Source: Sphaerodactylus townsendi
Lineage: Eukaryota
Assembly: GCF_021028975.2 (NCBI RefSeq)
Contig: NC_059432.1
Span: 68,386,001 to 68,450,000 of the forward strand
DNA length: 64,000 nt
Direction: 5' to 3'
Part shown: positions 22,201-33,531 of the stretch, piece after piece
Position numbering within the stretch: position 1 is the first letter of the stretch
Layout: each line of letters opens with the position of its first letter
Made by a program: the position numbers and the translations under genes
Notes under the pieces: model-generated
What the model was told of the DNA's origin: nothing
The model's database searches: none
The model's input: the letters and a program-made list of their open reading frames with translations, nothing else

Positions 22201-24918
22201 AATTGTGCCAAATCCTGCAGGGCCCAGATCTCAGTTGACAGAAAATTCCACTAGGCCAGAGCTAGAGTTAAAGAAGCTCTTGCTGTGGTTGAGGACCTTC
22301 TTGAAACTTGGAGGTGTTGCATACTTAGATCATTATATGGTGAGAGGTAAAAACAAATTTTGATCTATTGGAAAAATAGAAGGCAGCAGTTCATCAGAAC
22401 CCTGGTTGAGAGAGTATTTGCCTTACATTCCTAGCCAAAGAACTGGATTACACAAACTATTCTTCCTCCTTGTGAATGCTCACATAGGAACTGCTTTTAG
22501 CCCACTCTTCTGGGACTTGCTGCAGATACTTCAGACTAGCCAGTGAATCAGTTGATCAGCTGAGTACTTGGAATTAGAATGTCATAAAATGCTTTCTCTC
22601 TGAAGAGAGGCTGCAGTATAGTGTGACAGATCAAGTGTCCCAGCAGTGACTTGCTACCCTGCTGTTGTGTGCCACTTATCACAACAGTGGAACAAGAAAG
22701 GAGAAACATGAACACCCACCTTCAGGCCTTATGTATCTGGCCTTGGTAGATTTTCCCCAGAATGTTTAAATTCCAGTATTATGTTTGGTTAGTGTGGAAT
22801 AATTTTTTAAAATCCCATTGAACAAGTAGATGTGGCAAGCTTATATCCAAACTGTTACCCAAGTAACTCTGGAGCCAAATCTGTAATCGAGACCTAACAA
22901 GGTTTTAGGCCTTCCCGTGGAAGGTCTGCCCTAGAAAATGTAAGCATACAGAAGCCAGTCCAGAGAATAGCAAACACTAAGAATTGGCACTGTATTTTAT
23001 TTAGTGGCCAGAAAGTCCTGAGCTAAGCTACACGAAGCAGTTTTGCCACAAGTGCTAATGCAAAAGCAGCAGTAGCAGCAAGCCTTTATTGGCATAGACA
23101 ACAGTACAACAATAATAAAAAACGGATTAAAAAGCATATACAATACAGGAAATAAATGTTAAGTTGAAGGAAATCTACTGGCATTTAGTAATTTCCAGGA
23201 GAAAGTCTGCCACTATCATACAGAGAGAAGGATCAGAATTGTCCAATAAGTAGTGTAATCTAATTAAATCGGGTAAATGTAAAGGAGTAAGATTCACCAG
23301 GTGCTAATGTCTGAGAGTCTTCATCACAGGCCTGAGGCCCCCTCCATCATCTCAGTCCTGACACTTAAGGGTGAGGTCAATGGCAATGTACTGGCAGACT
23401 GCTCAAATGATCGCTGGAACACAACACAAGATACGCACAAAAAAATGCTATAACTGTTTGTTTGTACCCAGAACTTGTGGAAACAGTGTGTGTTCCAGAA
23501 GATTCGGGCAGCTCTATTTCCCTGTTCCCCAGTTGGGGGTAATAAAGGAATGCATTCCCAGCTGTGGTTACCTGAGATAAGAGTACACTGTCCAGGTCAT
23601 CCAGCACACAAACAAAGCCAATCTTTTCCTCCACCAGTGTACGATATAAGGAGAAGATGGTATTTCTCATAAATCTGGCATTGTACAACCTCAAGGTTGA
23701 AGTGAAGGGTTCATTGAGCACCTTCCCCACCCACATGGAGCACAGACTGGATGTACAGCAAGCTCCTGAGCATCTCATTTTGTCTTTTACCAAAAAAACC
23801 TCCTCCTTCTAGACCAGGGGTAGGGAACCTTTAACACTCAAAGAGCCATTTGGACCCGTTTTCCATGGGAAAAGAAAACACTTGGAGCCGCAAATAATTT
23901 TTGACATTTAAAATAAAGATAACACTGTATATATTGGGTTTTTTAAACCTTTTACTCTGCTCATTCTGAGAAGCGCATGGATGCGTCCCCCCTGCTGCCT
24001 GCAGGGCGGGCAAGGATGGGGTCAGCGGCTCGGCCTTGCTGGCCACCGGGAAAGCGCTCGGCCCGCTCCAACGGGGCAGGCGAGAGGGGAAGCCCGCGGC
24101 ATGGCCCAGCCGGCCGCGGGCAGTTGGTGTGCCCGCCCTGCTGCCTGCAGGGCGGGCAAGAATGGGGCCAGCAGCTCGGCTCGTGGAGCCGCAGTACAAG
24201 GGCAGAAGAGCCGCATGCGGCTCTCGAGCCGCAGGTTCCCTACCCCTGTTCTAGACCTTCCTAACCTGCATAGCACTGAAATGCAATTAGAGGCCATGAT
24301 GGATGAACCGAAAAGCTAAGAGTAGCCAAAAATAGGTGCCCAGCAACACAAACTTCAGCAGGCATCCCATACCCTCTGCTCCATTGCAGGATGAGACAGG
24401 GGGATGGACACCGCCTTGCCCAGGGAGGGGAGGGTCTAGGAGGGCTGACCCAATTTTCCTGTTTCCCTGTGGTCTGGTCAGGAGAGAGGGTGCTGACTTC
24501 ACACATCCATGTGGTGTAGGGGTGGGGGTGATTGACATCCTAACTTAGGGCACCTAAAATCTTTGGTCTGGCCCTATTTAGGAACTCTGGAGAGATTAAG
24601 GAGACTTTCAAACTTATGTGTTCAGAACTGAAATGCAGGAATGCAGATCATCTGCTTTTCAGACATGTAATTTTTTCTTGGCTTTCTGTGTATTTCTGCG
24701 TTTCTCAGATGCAGTGTTTCTCTTTTAGACCAGGGCAACTAAAAAATCTGGCATTCCTTGTTTTGTTTTCTAGGCCATCCTCCATTTTGCTTGGTTGTGG
24801 AATTCCTTACCATGTGGCCCAGAACGCCCTGCGCCTCAGTGTGGGGCGGGATACCAGCAAGGAAGACGTGGACCTCATAGTGGACGATCTGAAGCAGGCT
24901 GTGGCTCAGCTGCAATAG
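10114..24918 (+). CDS. SCLY: Selenocysteine lyase, full gene span, 12 coding exons, 1338 nt = 445 aa + stop
   Basis: All introns GT-AG with consistent phases; motifs [37 protein letters not shown] (PLP lysine), GTENT, GAACHS (catalytic Cys), LRLSVGR. Confidence 0.97.
10706..10818 (+). CDS. SCLY: SCLY coding exon 2
   Basis: [18 protein letters not shown]...WGNPSSSY; AG/GT boundaries; 113 nt. Confidence 0.96.
11799..11899 (+). CDS. SCLY: SCLY coding exon 3
   Basis: [33 protein letters not shown]; 101 nt. Confidence 0.96.
12506..12686 (+). CDS. SCLY: SCLY coding exon 4
   Basis: [13 protein letters not shown]...[13 protein letters not shown]; 181 nt. Confidence 0.96.
13267..13394 (+). CDS. SCLY: SCLY coding exon 5
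   Basis: [42 protein letters not shown]; 128 nt. Confidence 0.96.
14211..14425. other. Assembly gap (215 N)
   Basis: Run of N in SCLY intron 5. Confidence 0.99.
14426..15405 (+). mobile_element. RTE-X-like LINE 3' fragment
   Basis: [34 protein letters not shown] motif; 3' end TGCCATTAAAGG resembles the copies at 23 kb and 44 kb; 5' limit uncertain. Confidence 0.6.
15432..15596 (+). CDS. SCLY: SCLY coding exon 6
   Basis: PISELSQ...[14 protein letters not shown]...DYLTIVGHK; 165 nt. Confidence 0.97.
15833..15848 (+). promoter_or_regulatory. Candidate CTCF site
   Basis: CCACTAGATGGTGCTA closely matches the CTCF core consensus. Confidence 0.45.
16270..16376 (+). CDS. SCLY: SCLY coding exon 7
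   Basis: [15 protein letters not shown]...[14 protein letters not shown]; 107 nt. Confidence 0.96.
17007..17043 (+). CDS. SCLY: SCLY coding exon 8
   Basis: [12 protein letters not shown]; 37 nt. Confidence 0.96.
17982..18065 (+). CDS. SCLY: SCLY coding exon 9
   Basis: [28 protein letters not shown]; 84 nt. Confidence 0.96.
18323..18425 (+). CDS. SCLY: SCLY coding exon 10
   Basis: [11 protein letters not shown]...[16 protein letters not shown]; 103 nt. Confidence 0.96.
18920..20100 (-). mobile_element. L2 LINE 3' fragment interrupted by a DNA-transposon insertion
   Basis: (TAAA)n tail near 18920-18935; ORF2 C-terminus LLVVPG...WWNMLP..VR...[13 protein letters not shown] at 19908-20100. Confidence 0.7.
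19146..19880. mobile_element. Non-autonomous DNA transposon fragment nested in L2
   Basis: Begins TAGGGTTG; subterminal CCGAAT/ATTCGG repeats; boundaries approximate. Confidence 0.5.
20150..20720 (+). repeat. Unclassified interspersed repeat, copy A
   Basis: Collinear similarity to the reverse complement of 54290-54900 and 50170-50360. Confidence 0.65.
21582..21657 (+). CDS. SCLY: SCLY coding exon 11
   Basis: [24 protein letters not shown] with the catalytic Cys; 76 nt. Confidence 0.97.
21855..22300 (-). mobile_element. Old L2 3' fragment
   Basis: L2-type 3' stem and tail, with degenerate ORF2 end similar to the other L2 copies in the window. Confidence 0.5.
23061..23300 (-). mobile_element. 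Short RTE-X-like LINE 3' end
   Basis: TGCCAATAAAGGCTT followed by a (TGC)n tail on minus; 9-bp TSD GTGCTAATG at 23052-23060 and 23301-23309. Confidence 0.7.
23815..24248. mobile_element. hAT (Charlie-like) MITE, 434 bp
   Basis: Perfect 16-bp TIRs CAGGGGTAGGGAACCT; perfect 8-bp TSD TTCTAGAC at 23807-23814 and 24249-24256. Confidence 0.95.
24774..24918 (+). CDS. SCLY: SCLY coding exon 12 (terminal)
   Basis: [28 protein letters not shown]...LKQAVAQLQ followed by TAG. Confidence 0.97.
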
Positions 24919-25294
24919 GTCAGATTCTCACAGGGCCAGACCGTGTGCATGAGAGGCTGGGAGTTTTGTCAGTGACTTTCTAGGTTTTGTTTTCTTCTAA
25001 AAATCAGCCACGTGAAGCCCCAGTTGTGTCAGGGCACCGTGAGGAGGGGGCACTGTGGTGTCAGTCGGCACCAGGGTCCCATTTGCCTACTGTTTAAAAG
25101 TGGGGAAAAACTATTCAAAAACTCATTTACAGAGTTCCCAGCATCTTATGTAGGTTTATTTATTTTATTTATTTATTGTTTCGTCTTATATACCGCCCGA
25201 TCCCCGAAGGGTTGACTCCTAGTTACCCAGAGAGAAAAGACTTTGCCCATTGGAATCACTAAGTGAGCTTACCCAGCCTCAGGCTGCCATGGTT

Positions 25295-26735
25295 TGTTTA
25301 TTTATTTATTAATCACATTTCTTAATCGTCCCTCCCAAACTGGCTCGGGGCAATTTACAACAGGAATAAATACAGTAAAAATTGACTCAGAAGTGAAAAC
25401 CCGTAACTTAAAATCGAGTGCAGTGACTAATTCTACTAACTAAAATTTAGATAAATTCAGTTAAATTAGAGTCTAATTAAAATTCATGCATGTAGGAGAA
25501 CAACTCCAGAGCTGTCCATCTGCAGAGAGAGGTGGTGCACAACCATAGGGGATGGGTGGTAATGTTAGGTCAGGCCTTCGCAAAATACTTGGCGGAACAG
25601 CTCCATTTTACAGGCTCTGCAGAACTCCATAATGTCCCGTAGGACCCTGATCTCCTCTGGTAGGCTGTTCCACCGAGTTGGGGCCAGAACTGAAAAAGCA
25701 TTGAGGTCAGTTGGACCTCGCGTGGGCCAGGGATTGTTAAAAGCCCTTTTGATCCAGATCTTTATGTCTGCTGGGGGTTATAATGGAAGAAGCGGTCACA
25801 CAAGTATCCTGGGCCCAGACTATGAATGGCTTTGAACTTCTTTTTCCAAACTGGTTTCCTGCATGTGCAGGATCAGTTTTCTAACTGTCTCTTCCAAAGG
25901 TCACGATTTTGTGCGTCTTCTGGGGTAAGGTTCTTTGCCTGCAGGTCTTCATTGATTGTGTCCCTCCATCGTTTTTTGGGTCTTCCACGTGGGCGGCATC
26001 CACCAGGCTCAAGGTGCAGGCTGTCTTTGCTACAGATGTTTCCTCGCGGTGCATGACATGGCCATACCACCTTAGCCGTGCCTGCCTCGTGTACTGGTCA
26101 ATTGGTGTTATTTTAAGTCTTTGCCGCATGTCATCATTCGGCACATGGTCGAACAGCGTCAGGTTTAGCATCCATCGAAGCATCCTCATTTCCATGACAT
26201 GAAGGGCTTGTTCATGTTTTCTTGTTGCTGGCCAGCATTCGGCTCCGTGCACTGCTATTGGGCTTTGAATGTCAACATTAAAACCTTGAACCTGATCCTG
26301 CTCCCAACTGGTAACGAATTCAGTTCACAAAGCACCAGTGTCACATGTGTACGCCATGGGGACCCAGAGAATATCCGGGCAGCTGCATTTTGAACCAACT
26401 GAAGTTTCCAGATCAATCTCAAGGGCAGCGCAGTGTAAAGCGCATTGCAGTAGTCCAATCTGGAGGTGACTGTTGCATGGATCACTGTAGCTAGGTTGGA
26501 GGACAATAAGTAGGAGGCGAGTTACTGCACCTGGCGCAGATTTTAAAAAATGCCAGCTGGCCCATCTTGGTGATCTGGGTCTCTGTGGACAACGAGGAGT
26601 CCGAAATCACCCCAGGTTCTTGGCAGATGAAACAGGCTCTAAACGAACCCCATCAAGAGCCAGCCTCTGCTCAGCCGTCCCTCCGCCACCCAGCCACGGG
26701 ACCTCCGTCTTTCCTGACTTTGGACAGAATTAAGG
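25295..26735 (-). mobile_element. L2 LINE fragment downstream of the SCLY stop
   Basis: ORF2 motifs LATVIHATVTSRLDYCNALY..LP..LQLVQNAAAR, RIRFKVL; the frame resumes as FKAIHSLGPGYL after the RTE insertion. Confidence 0.9.
25837..26260 (-). mobile_element. RTE-clade LINE 3' fragment inserted into L2
   Basis: GAECW...EMRMLRW...RLRWYGHV..R and RPRGRPKKRWRD; 9-bp TSD GGCTTTGAA at 25828-25836 and 26261-26269. Confidence 0.9.
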
Positions 26736-28394
26736 ATAAACTACATTCCCATCTGTTTGTTGCTGTTGGAATTGTGCAGAACCACTACTAATAGTTCCGG
26801 TTAACAGTAGCAGATCCTCAATTTTTTTTCCTGGCCATCACTATGCCTACGGTTCCATTACGAAAGTATTGTGTGTGGTCTGGGAGCGTGTGGGTATTCT
26901 TTTGCAGTGACTTCTGCAATCACACCTGCAATTTTTTTACTACTTGTATTATGGAAATTGCTGTAAAGTATATCTCTGTATTTTCTGTTCACAATCCATT
27001 TTTCATACTGTTGCATACCCAGGGACTATTGGTTAAAGACAGTTGAAGATTGCCTTGTGAACGAGTCCAAAACATTCGGAACACATAGTGGGGTTTTCCT
27101 TTGTGTTTGGTTTCTATGCCGCAGCATTTCCAGGTGCTCGTGCTTGATCTATGTTTCAGACAGAGTCCCTTTTCATCTACCCCCATGCCTTTGTCTCCTT
27201 CAAGTCAGCAGACCCCTCCCCCCCAATCCCTTTTTTTTTACAAAGGCATGCAGAGCACAGTGTTCAGCTCACTGAACTAGGCTGTAGAATGGTAGGATAA
27301 ATAGTCACGAGCTGTCCTTGGGTTAAGCTGATTGGGGTAGGTGGTTCTGATTTCATCTGATTTGCTTCACTTCTCTGATGGGCCAGGCACTTATTCTCAG
27401 TCCTAATTTCCCTCATAGGATGGTTGTGAGGATAAAATGGAAGTGAATTACCCAAGCCACTTTGAGTCCTTATTCAGATGAAATGTTCTGTAAATGAAAA
27501 AATATGAAACATTCTCTCCCTTGGTAGAAGTTATTGGGACTTTTTATTTTCATTCTCTTATTTAGTGGGCTGTGAATTGGGCCCAGAGAAACAGGCATGT
27601 GTTTCTTGTGATGTCTGAGGCTATTGTTGCCAATGAAAGTCTTCCTGACACTCTTTCAGCATCATGCTTATCTGTCAGATGAGTTATCACTGTGGTAGAT
27701 ATTCCCATAGGATCATATTTCCAATTACTAAGAGGCAATTGCCGCTCTAGTCCCTCGTGTGTTGTTACAGTTTGTTCCAGGAGACCTTGGGCTCATCTTT
27801 CCCTTAGTGATCACCAAAGATTTGTTACCTACTAGGATCACAGGTGTTGACTGAGTTTCTTCGAGGCAAACATGAGCAGCACAAATGCTGTGGGAGGGAA
27901 GGGAATGGAGCAAGAGCAATGCGCAGAATTTCATGCACAATCAAGTCAAAGCTGTGGAAGCAGGGAACACTGGAGGAGAGGGCATGAGAGAAGGGACAGG
28001 AGAAAGGAGAGTTGGAGCAGCAGTTGCCAGCCTTTTCTTCAATGAGAAATGACACCAAGCGTTACAAAGCTTTTTTTTTCTGTTCTATAAGTAGAACATG
28101 GACTAGGAAGAGCACTAGCAAGGGAGCTATCACTAAGCAACATTGAGGGAAAAACCTATGAAATAAAGGCATTAAAATCCTATGAAAAACCTAGAATAGG
28201 TGTGTAGTGACAAGACAGGGAGGCTGAAATTGTCTTTTAGCCTCTATTTAGCTCTGTTAATGTTTGGTTATTGTTTGTGTGGAAGAGAAGTTGAAGGACA
28301 GTTGTGGGTAATATGAAAGAATGTTCCAACCAGGAGAAGTTTTGAAGTTGCTTTAAAACTAGATACACTTTGAAAGCCTCAAGTGAAACATTAG

Positions 28395-28605
28395 GTTGGT
28401 TGGTGGTGGTGGAAAGTGCCGTCAAGCTGCCACTGGCTTGTGGTGTTTTCAAAGCAAGAGATGTTCAGAGGTGGTTTGCTATTTCATGCTTCTGTGTAAC
28501 AACCTGGACATCCTTGATGATCCGCCATCCAAGTAGTAACCAAGGCCAGTGCTGCTTAGCTTCTGAGATCTGACAAGAGAACAGGCTAGCCTGGGCCAAC
28601 CAGGT
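28395..28605 (-). mobile_element. 5S-rRNA-derived SINE (5S-Sauria type)
   Basis: Reverse complement contains TCTTGTCAGATCTCAGAAGCTAAGCAG...TACTTGGATGG (5S head) followed by a non-5S tail. Confidence 0.7.
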
Positions 28606-29098
28606 CAGAACACCAGGGTGCTTACCTAATAAAAAAATTAGCTGGGATTAACTGTTAACATGTAATTAATAAAATGCATACAAATCTGAATTGGAATAAA
28701 ACAAGCATTTTGAAGTGGAAAAGTAGCTTTTCTTTTTAATATATATCCAGGTATGGCAGCAAGCACCCTTTTTGAAAAGGCATTCCATGACAGAAGAACA
28801 TTTCTTCTCAGGAGATAGTTGCCTCCTGTAGAAAAACCACAGTGCTTGGACGGGACATAACTGATTTCTAAATATGCATTTTCCTGTTAAGGTTGAGTTT
28901 GCCTTCCTAGTTGATGCAATAATTTTTAATTGGTTAATCAAAGCAGTTGGTTCTTAAGGACTACCCTATCAATTAACAGACGTCAGTAGTGTCAGTGTAG
29001 CTTTTCATGACAGGCACCAAAAATTTGCAAGCAGCAATTCTGTGTTCCTCATTTATCCACTATTCAGGGGAAAAGGAGGTAGAATAGAAGAAACATTT

Positions 29099-29112
29099 CT
29101 GCCCTCTGCTGG
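29099..29112 (-). promoter_or_regulatory. Candidate CTCF site
   Basis: CCAGCAGAGGGCAG on the minus strand. Confidence 0.4.
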
Positions 29113-30504
29113 AAATAAAAGCAACTAGCACAAGACTTGAGTTCTGTTTTGTGGTAGTGGCAAATTCTTTCATAAACGTCTTGATCCAGGGTATCTAAGT
29201 ATTAACTGGGATATATTGATGTGTATGATTTCAGTTAAAACCAATTTATTTCTCTTTTTAAAATTCTTTTTTTCCTAAGGAAAACCCTGAGTGGCATACC
29301 CGTTCCCCTTTATCTGCATAAGAACCCAATGAGGTTGGGTAAACTACATTGGTAACAAGCACATTTTGCCATGATTTGAAACTGGATTTCCACAGTTTAA
29401 TCAACTAGTCCCCTCAGCATGTTGGGTGTCTGTGTACTTGCCCTTGTGATACTCACTTAACCTATTATGACTCCCTTGTATATTTTTGCACACCTCAGCT
29501 TATGACCACATGATTTCAGTTGTCATCCATAGTTGCTTTCCCATTCAGAATAGCTGCTTTGACTTTGTGAATACTACAGTACAGCAACTCTACAGCTACT
29601 GTTACTATTTCTGCTTAATGGTTACTATGCTTGTCACAGCTTTGGGGCTTTGTTATACCCAGTTTACATAAATCAGCCATTCACTGGTGAAAATGTGTTC
29701 CTTTCTTTATGGGTATCAAATTCCCTGGTGATCTGTGGAATGGTATGAACTAATAGCCATATTGATCATATGGCAGTAATGGGGAGCAGGGCAGGGGCAA
29801 AATTATTCTTTTCCTCTTCACACTGTAGCTATCTGACCCATAAGGCTGTTGTTCACACATGTCCCTCAACTCTGGATGAAACTTTCTCAGGAAGGAAAGG
29901 GCAGAAAATATCCTGCTGTTCTTATACCTTCCTCTTGCTGTTCACAGGATCTTGCCCAATATTTGCAGTAGTTATTGGATGTTATAAATATTCTGCCATT
30001 CAGAAATTTAAAGTGTCCATAAAAACCACTGTTAAGACTAATTTTTTAAAAAAACAAGCATAATGTTTTGTTGGCTATGGCCTGTTCAGATACCAGAACA
30101 GTAACATTAGAAACAAGCAAAACTTGAAGGGAACTGTGGTGATTCATTAACCACCACCACCACCACCCCTCGCAACTCCCCCAAAATTGTTCACTACTTA
30201 ATTGATTGTATTAATTGAACGTATTAATTGATTGTAATAAAAAGTATGACATTACTGTTGCTTGCTTTTATTTTTCTCTAATATGACAACATAGGTATTT
30301 AGGTAATAGGTGTCTATTATCTGGAAAAAAAATAAAATTCAGCAATTCAAAAGATAGATCCTAGATCAGGAGAAAGAGGGCCTTCTGCCGCCTCACAGTG
30401 GTACTTTGCTTATGGGTGTTGTGCTCTCTTACCACTAGTAAATGTTGTTCAGTTTGGCTTTTATTGATTTTTTTTTACGTAGTGTACCATCTAAAATCAA
30501 TTCC

Positions 30505-30905
30505 CAGCATTGCTTACAATAAAGAAAGATGATGGGGAAAAAGTTGTTTCCTTTGAAATGTGGAGTTGGAGGAGAGCTTTATGGATAATATGTAAGGCCC
30601 AAAAGACAAATGAGTGGTTTCTAGACCAAAAGCCTGAATTTTCCTTAGAAGCTAAAATGACTGAACTGAGGCTATCGTACTTGGTCACATTCTGAGGAGA
30701 ATCACTAGAAAAAAACATAATGTAGGAAAAATTGAAGGCAGCAGGAAAAGAGGAAGACCCAACATGAAATGGATTCATGCTATAAAGGAAGCCATGGCCC
30801 TCAGTCTGCAAGATCTGAGCAAGGCTATTATTGATAGGACATTTTGGAGGACATTGATTCATAGGGTTGCTATTAGTCAGAAGCAATTTGATGGCATTTC
30901 ACATG
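30505..30905 (+). mobile_element. BovB (RTE) LINE 3' fragment
   Basis: TIKK...FEMWSWRRAL....A.KTNEW.L...PE.SLEAKMT.LRLSY, then GKIEGSRKRGRP. Confidence 0.85.
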
Positions 30906-31199
30906 TACACATTCACAAATAGGACAGCCATGTTTGATTTTAATTCTACTCTCTTCTTTACAAGGGACCCATATATTAGCTCTAGAAGCTGACCCAAATT
31001 ATATTGCCAAACAGAGAGAACAACCATTGCATACTTCTCTGATGCAACCCAAAATCCAGCATGTATCTTGCGTTGTCTACTCTAACCCAACTGTGTGTAC
31101 ATAATGTCTCCATACATTGTCTCATTACAAACTACAGACTATGAGGCTTTTCCATCATGAACTGCAACGTCTTCCCTCATCCCATTTTTGTTCTTGGCT

Positions 31200-31478
31200 G
31201 AAGAAGAGGAAGAAGAAGAGTTTGGATTTATATCCCCTCTTTCTCTCCTGTAGGAGACTCAAAGGGGCTTACAATCTCCTTTCCTTCCCCCCACCCCAAC
31301 AAACACTCTGTGAGGTGGGTGGGGCTGAGAGAGCTCCGAAAAGATGTGACTAGCCCAAGCACATGCTAATCTAGTTCCCCAGATAAACCTCCACAGCTTA
31401 AGTGGCAGAGTGGGGAATCAAACCCGGTTCTCCAGATTAGAGTACATCTGCTCTTAACCACTATGATACTGTTGCTCT
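31200..31478 (-). mobile_element. Squam3-type tRNA-derived SINE
   Basis: (CTT)n tail with GGGGATATAAATCCAAAC end; tRNA-like head GTGGTTAAGAGC...GGTTTGATTCCCC on minus. Confidence 0.8.
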
Positions 31479-32228
31479 CAGGTGCACTCTAATCTCTCTG
31501 AGGAAGATTTCTGCAAAACTCAAAAGCGTGCTTATTACTTTGTAACAATTTAGCTGGTTCTGTTAGAAGGTATGACACTGCTGTACAACTTGGCTACAAC
31601 AAGGTGACAACAGTCAATAGATTGTTTAAAAACTTTAAAGAGTTATTTCCCTACATAGAAAAAGACCCAGAATATGCATTCATATCAAAAGTTGGGCATT
31701 CTTGCTTCAGAATGAGAAACATGCTAAGTAGGCAGGAGATGACAGTTATGGGGGTTGGCTGCCTTTCTGGTGTGGCTTGCTTAACTGCAGAAGTACGTAT
31801 CTTTTGATATAATATAATTAGACATGTCAGTCAGTGAGTGACTCTAGACTTCAATGCTTCCCTTTTGAGTCCTAACTTTAGATCTGTTTGCCCCATACCC
31901 ATTCCTCCCTGAACTGAGCCTCTACCATCAGACTCCATGTAAGCTCATGGAGACTAGATAGCTTGCTGGATCTGCTGAGACAGCAGACACTGTCTTCAGC
32001 AGGAGTTAAAAGCTAGAATGAGAGCCTGACTTTCTACCATGGTGCAGAAGGAATCAAATCTATGTCCTTCCTGCCTTTACAGCTATGTTTGGTTTCCTGT
32101 TAGTAGAGTGGAAAATGTTCACCTAAGTTCCTGGCTGAGGGTGACTGAGCAAGCATGTTGCAGAGCCTTTTGGCTGTCTCTGCCTGTTAGGACATGGATA
32201 CCAGAAGGCAATTAGCAGCAGGCAAGTG

Positions 32229-33485
32229 ATGGTGAGATAAGAAAGGTCCAGAGGAGTCCAGAGGGCAATCGTGGTCAAGAATGTGCAGCTAGGTTTCCAT
32301 TTGTTTTTGTGGCCGATGTTCTTCTGCCATAAGAGGGCAAGCAGAAGTACAGTGGGGCATTGGAGTGGCACTGCAGTGAAATCCTAAACAAGCACTCAGG
32401 TTTCACTGAACAAAGCATAGTAAATCTTTACCACAGCCAGAGATTTGGAATAAGGCCTTCTGAAACCAGAGCCTTCTGTCACCACTCAGTTTACCATTGA
32501 AATATTAATGGAACAAAAAAAAATTCCTTCTGGAACACTCGATATTGGTTAAATAAAACAGCATGGTTCATGTGTGAGGCTGAACACAAGAGTTCTCTCT
32601 GGGTCACTGTAGCTCACATATTGTGTGCTGATACTGTTGGTGGGGGACAAATGGAAGCAATGTATTCAGTCATTGATGAACATACAGTAATCAGATTTGG
32701 TGATGCTTTTAGTTGGAGTTTGAAAGAAAAATTTACAGTATGATTTTTTCTTCACAAATCTGAGAAAATGAGTTGTGGCTCTGAAAAGTTCATATTGAAA
32801 TAAATGTTATTAATCCTTAAAGTGCCATGGGATTAAAAAAAAAATTTTTTTTGCTATGACAGACTAACAGAACCCCTTGGTCAATGTCTCTGCATGCCAA
32901 GAGCCTCTAAAGGGCTTTAAAGAGTCCACAACTCAGTGGGGCTGACATGGGTTCCTCACAGGGATGCAATGACATTGGTGTTTCTGCCTCCTCATTTTAG
33001 CGTCAAGGTCTGGGTCATGGAACAGAACAGGCTAGATGAGCATCTGTTGACTACTTATATAGCCTGTACTGAACAGCATAGAGTTTTAGGCCTAGGTTTG
33101 ATTAGGTCACAGATATTTTGATAGACTTTAGAACAGAATGGACTAGCAGATAGCTGATATGTGTATAGGCTTGTGGAAATTTGCATATTTAGCAAAGGCT
33201 CATAATGCTGCATTTGGACATTTTAAAAAATCTCCTTTCCCAAGAGTTGAACTCTTGATGCCTAACTCTCCTTATCCTTCCAATTCTCAGTTACAAACTA
33301 CCCCTTTTTTCCAGTCAGCTTCCAACTGAAACTCCTTCACTCCCAGACTAAATCTCTCTTCTATTGTCTTCCTTCCCCTTAATTGCTGTCAGCCTCTCAT
33401 CAACATTCTGCCATCTCTCATTGGTTGCACTCTGGGGGAGGCGGGACAGGACCTGTCTGTCACAATGACAGTTTTTGCTGTGAGT
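32229..33485 (+). pseudogene. ESPNL: Decayed remnants of ESPNL ankyrin-repeat exons 1-5
   Basis: Ordered fragments VQRAI / RGQ-EC / FVADVLLP-KRA (32256-32339); TA-RFG, ETR..HH, L-ILM (32433-32510); ACQE, SGADM, DAMTL, HFSVKVW (32892-33013); AG|VTDI, LLM (33106-33260); CCQPLINILPSL, DLS (33384-33479), with many indels and stops. Confidence 0.7.
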
Positions 33486-33531
33486 ATTAATTTTATCTTC
33501 AGGAAAATGAGAGATTTTTATATCTGTTCAG

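Noticed and set aside
23831-24319. Cluster of GC-rich ORFs
   Set aside because: They fall within or overlap a TIR/TSD-bounded MITE and are explained by stop-codon scarcity.
24919-25300. SECIS element or selenocysteine recoding in SCLY
   Set aside because: The spliced CDS has no in-frame TGA and ends in TAG; SCLY is not a selenoprotein; no convincing SECIS core was seen.
31380-31478. tRNA gene (also about 48500-48550)
   Set aside because: tRNA-like SINE head without a complete cloverleaf.
32197-32240. IPE...RQVMVR resemblance to ESPNL exon 8
   Set aside because: Short and split across frames; better explained as chance overlap with the decayed exon 1 start.
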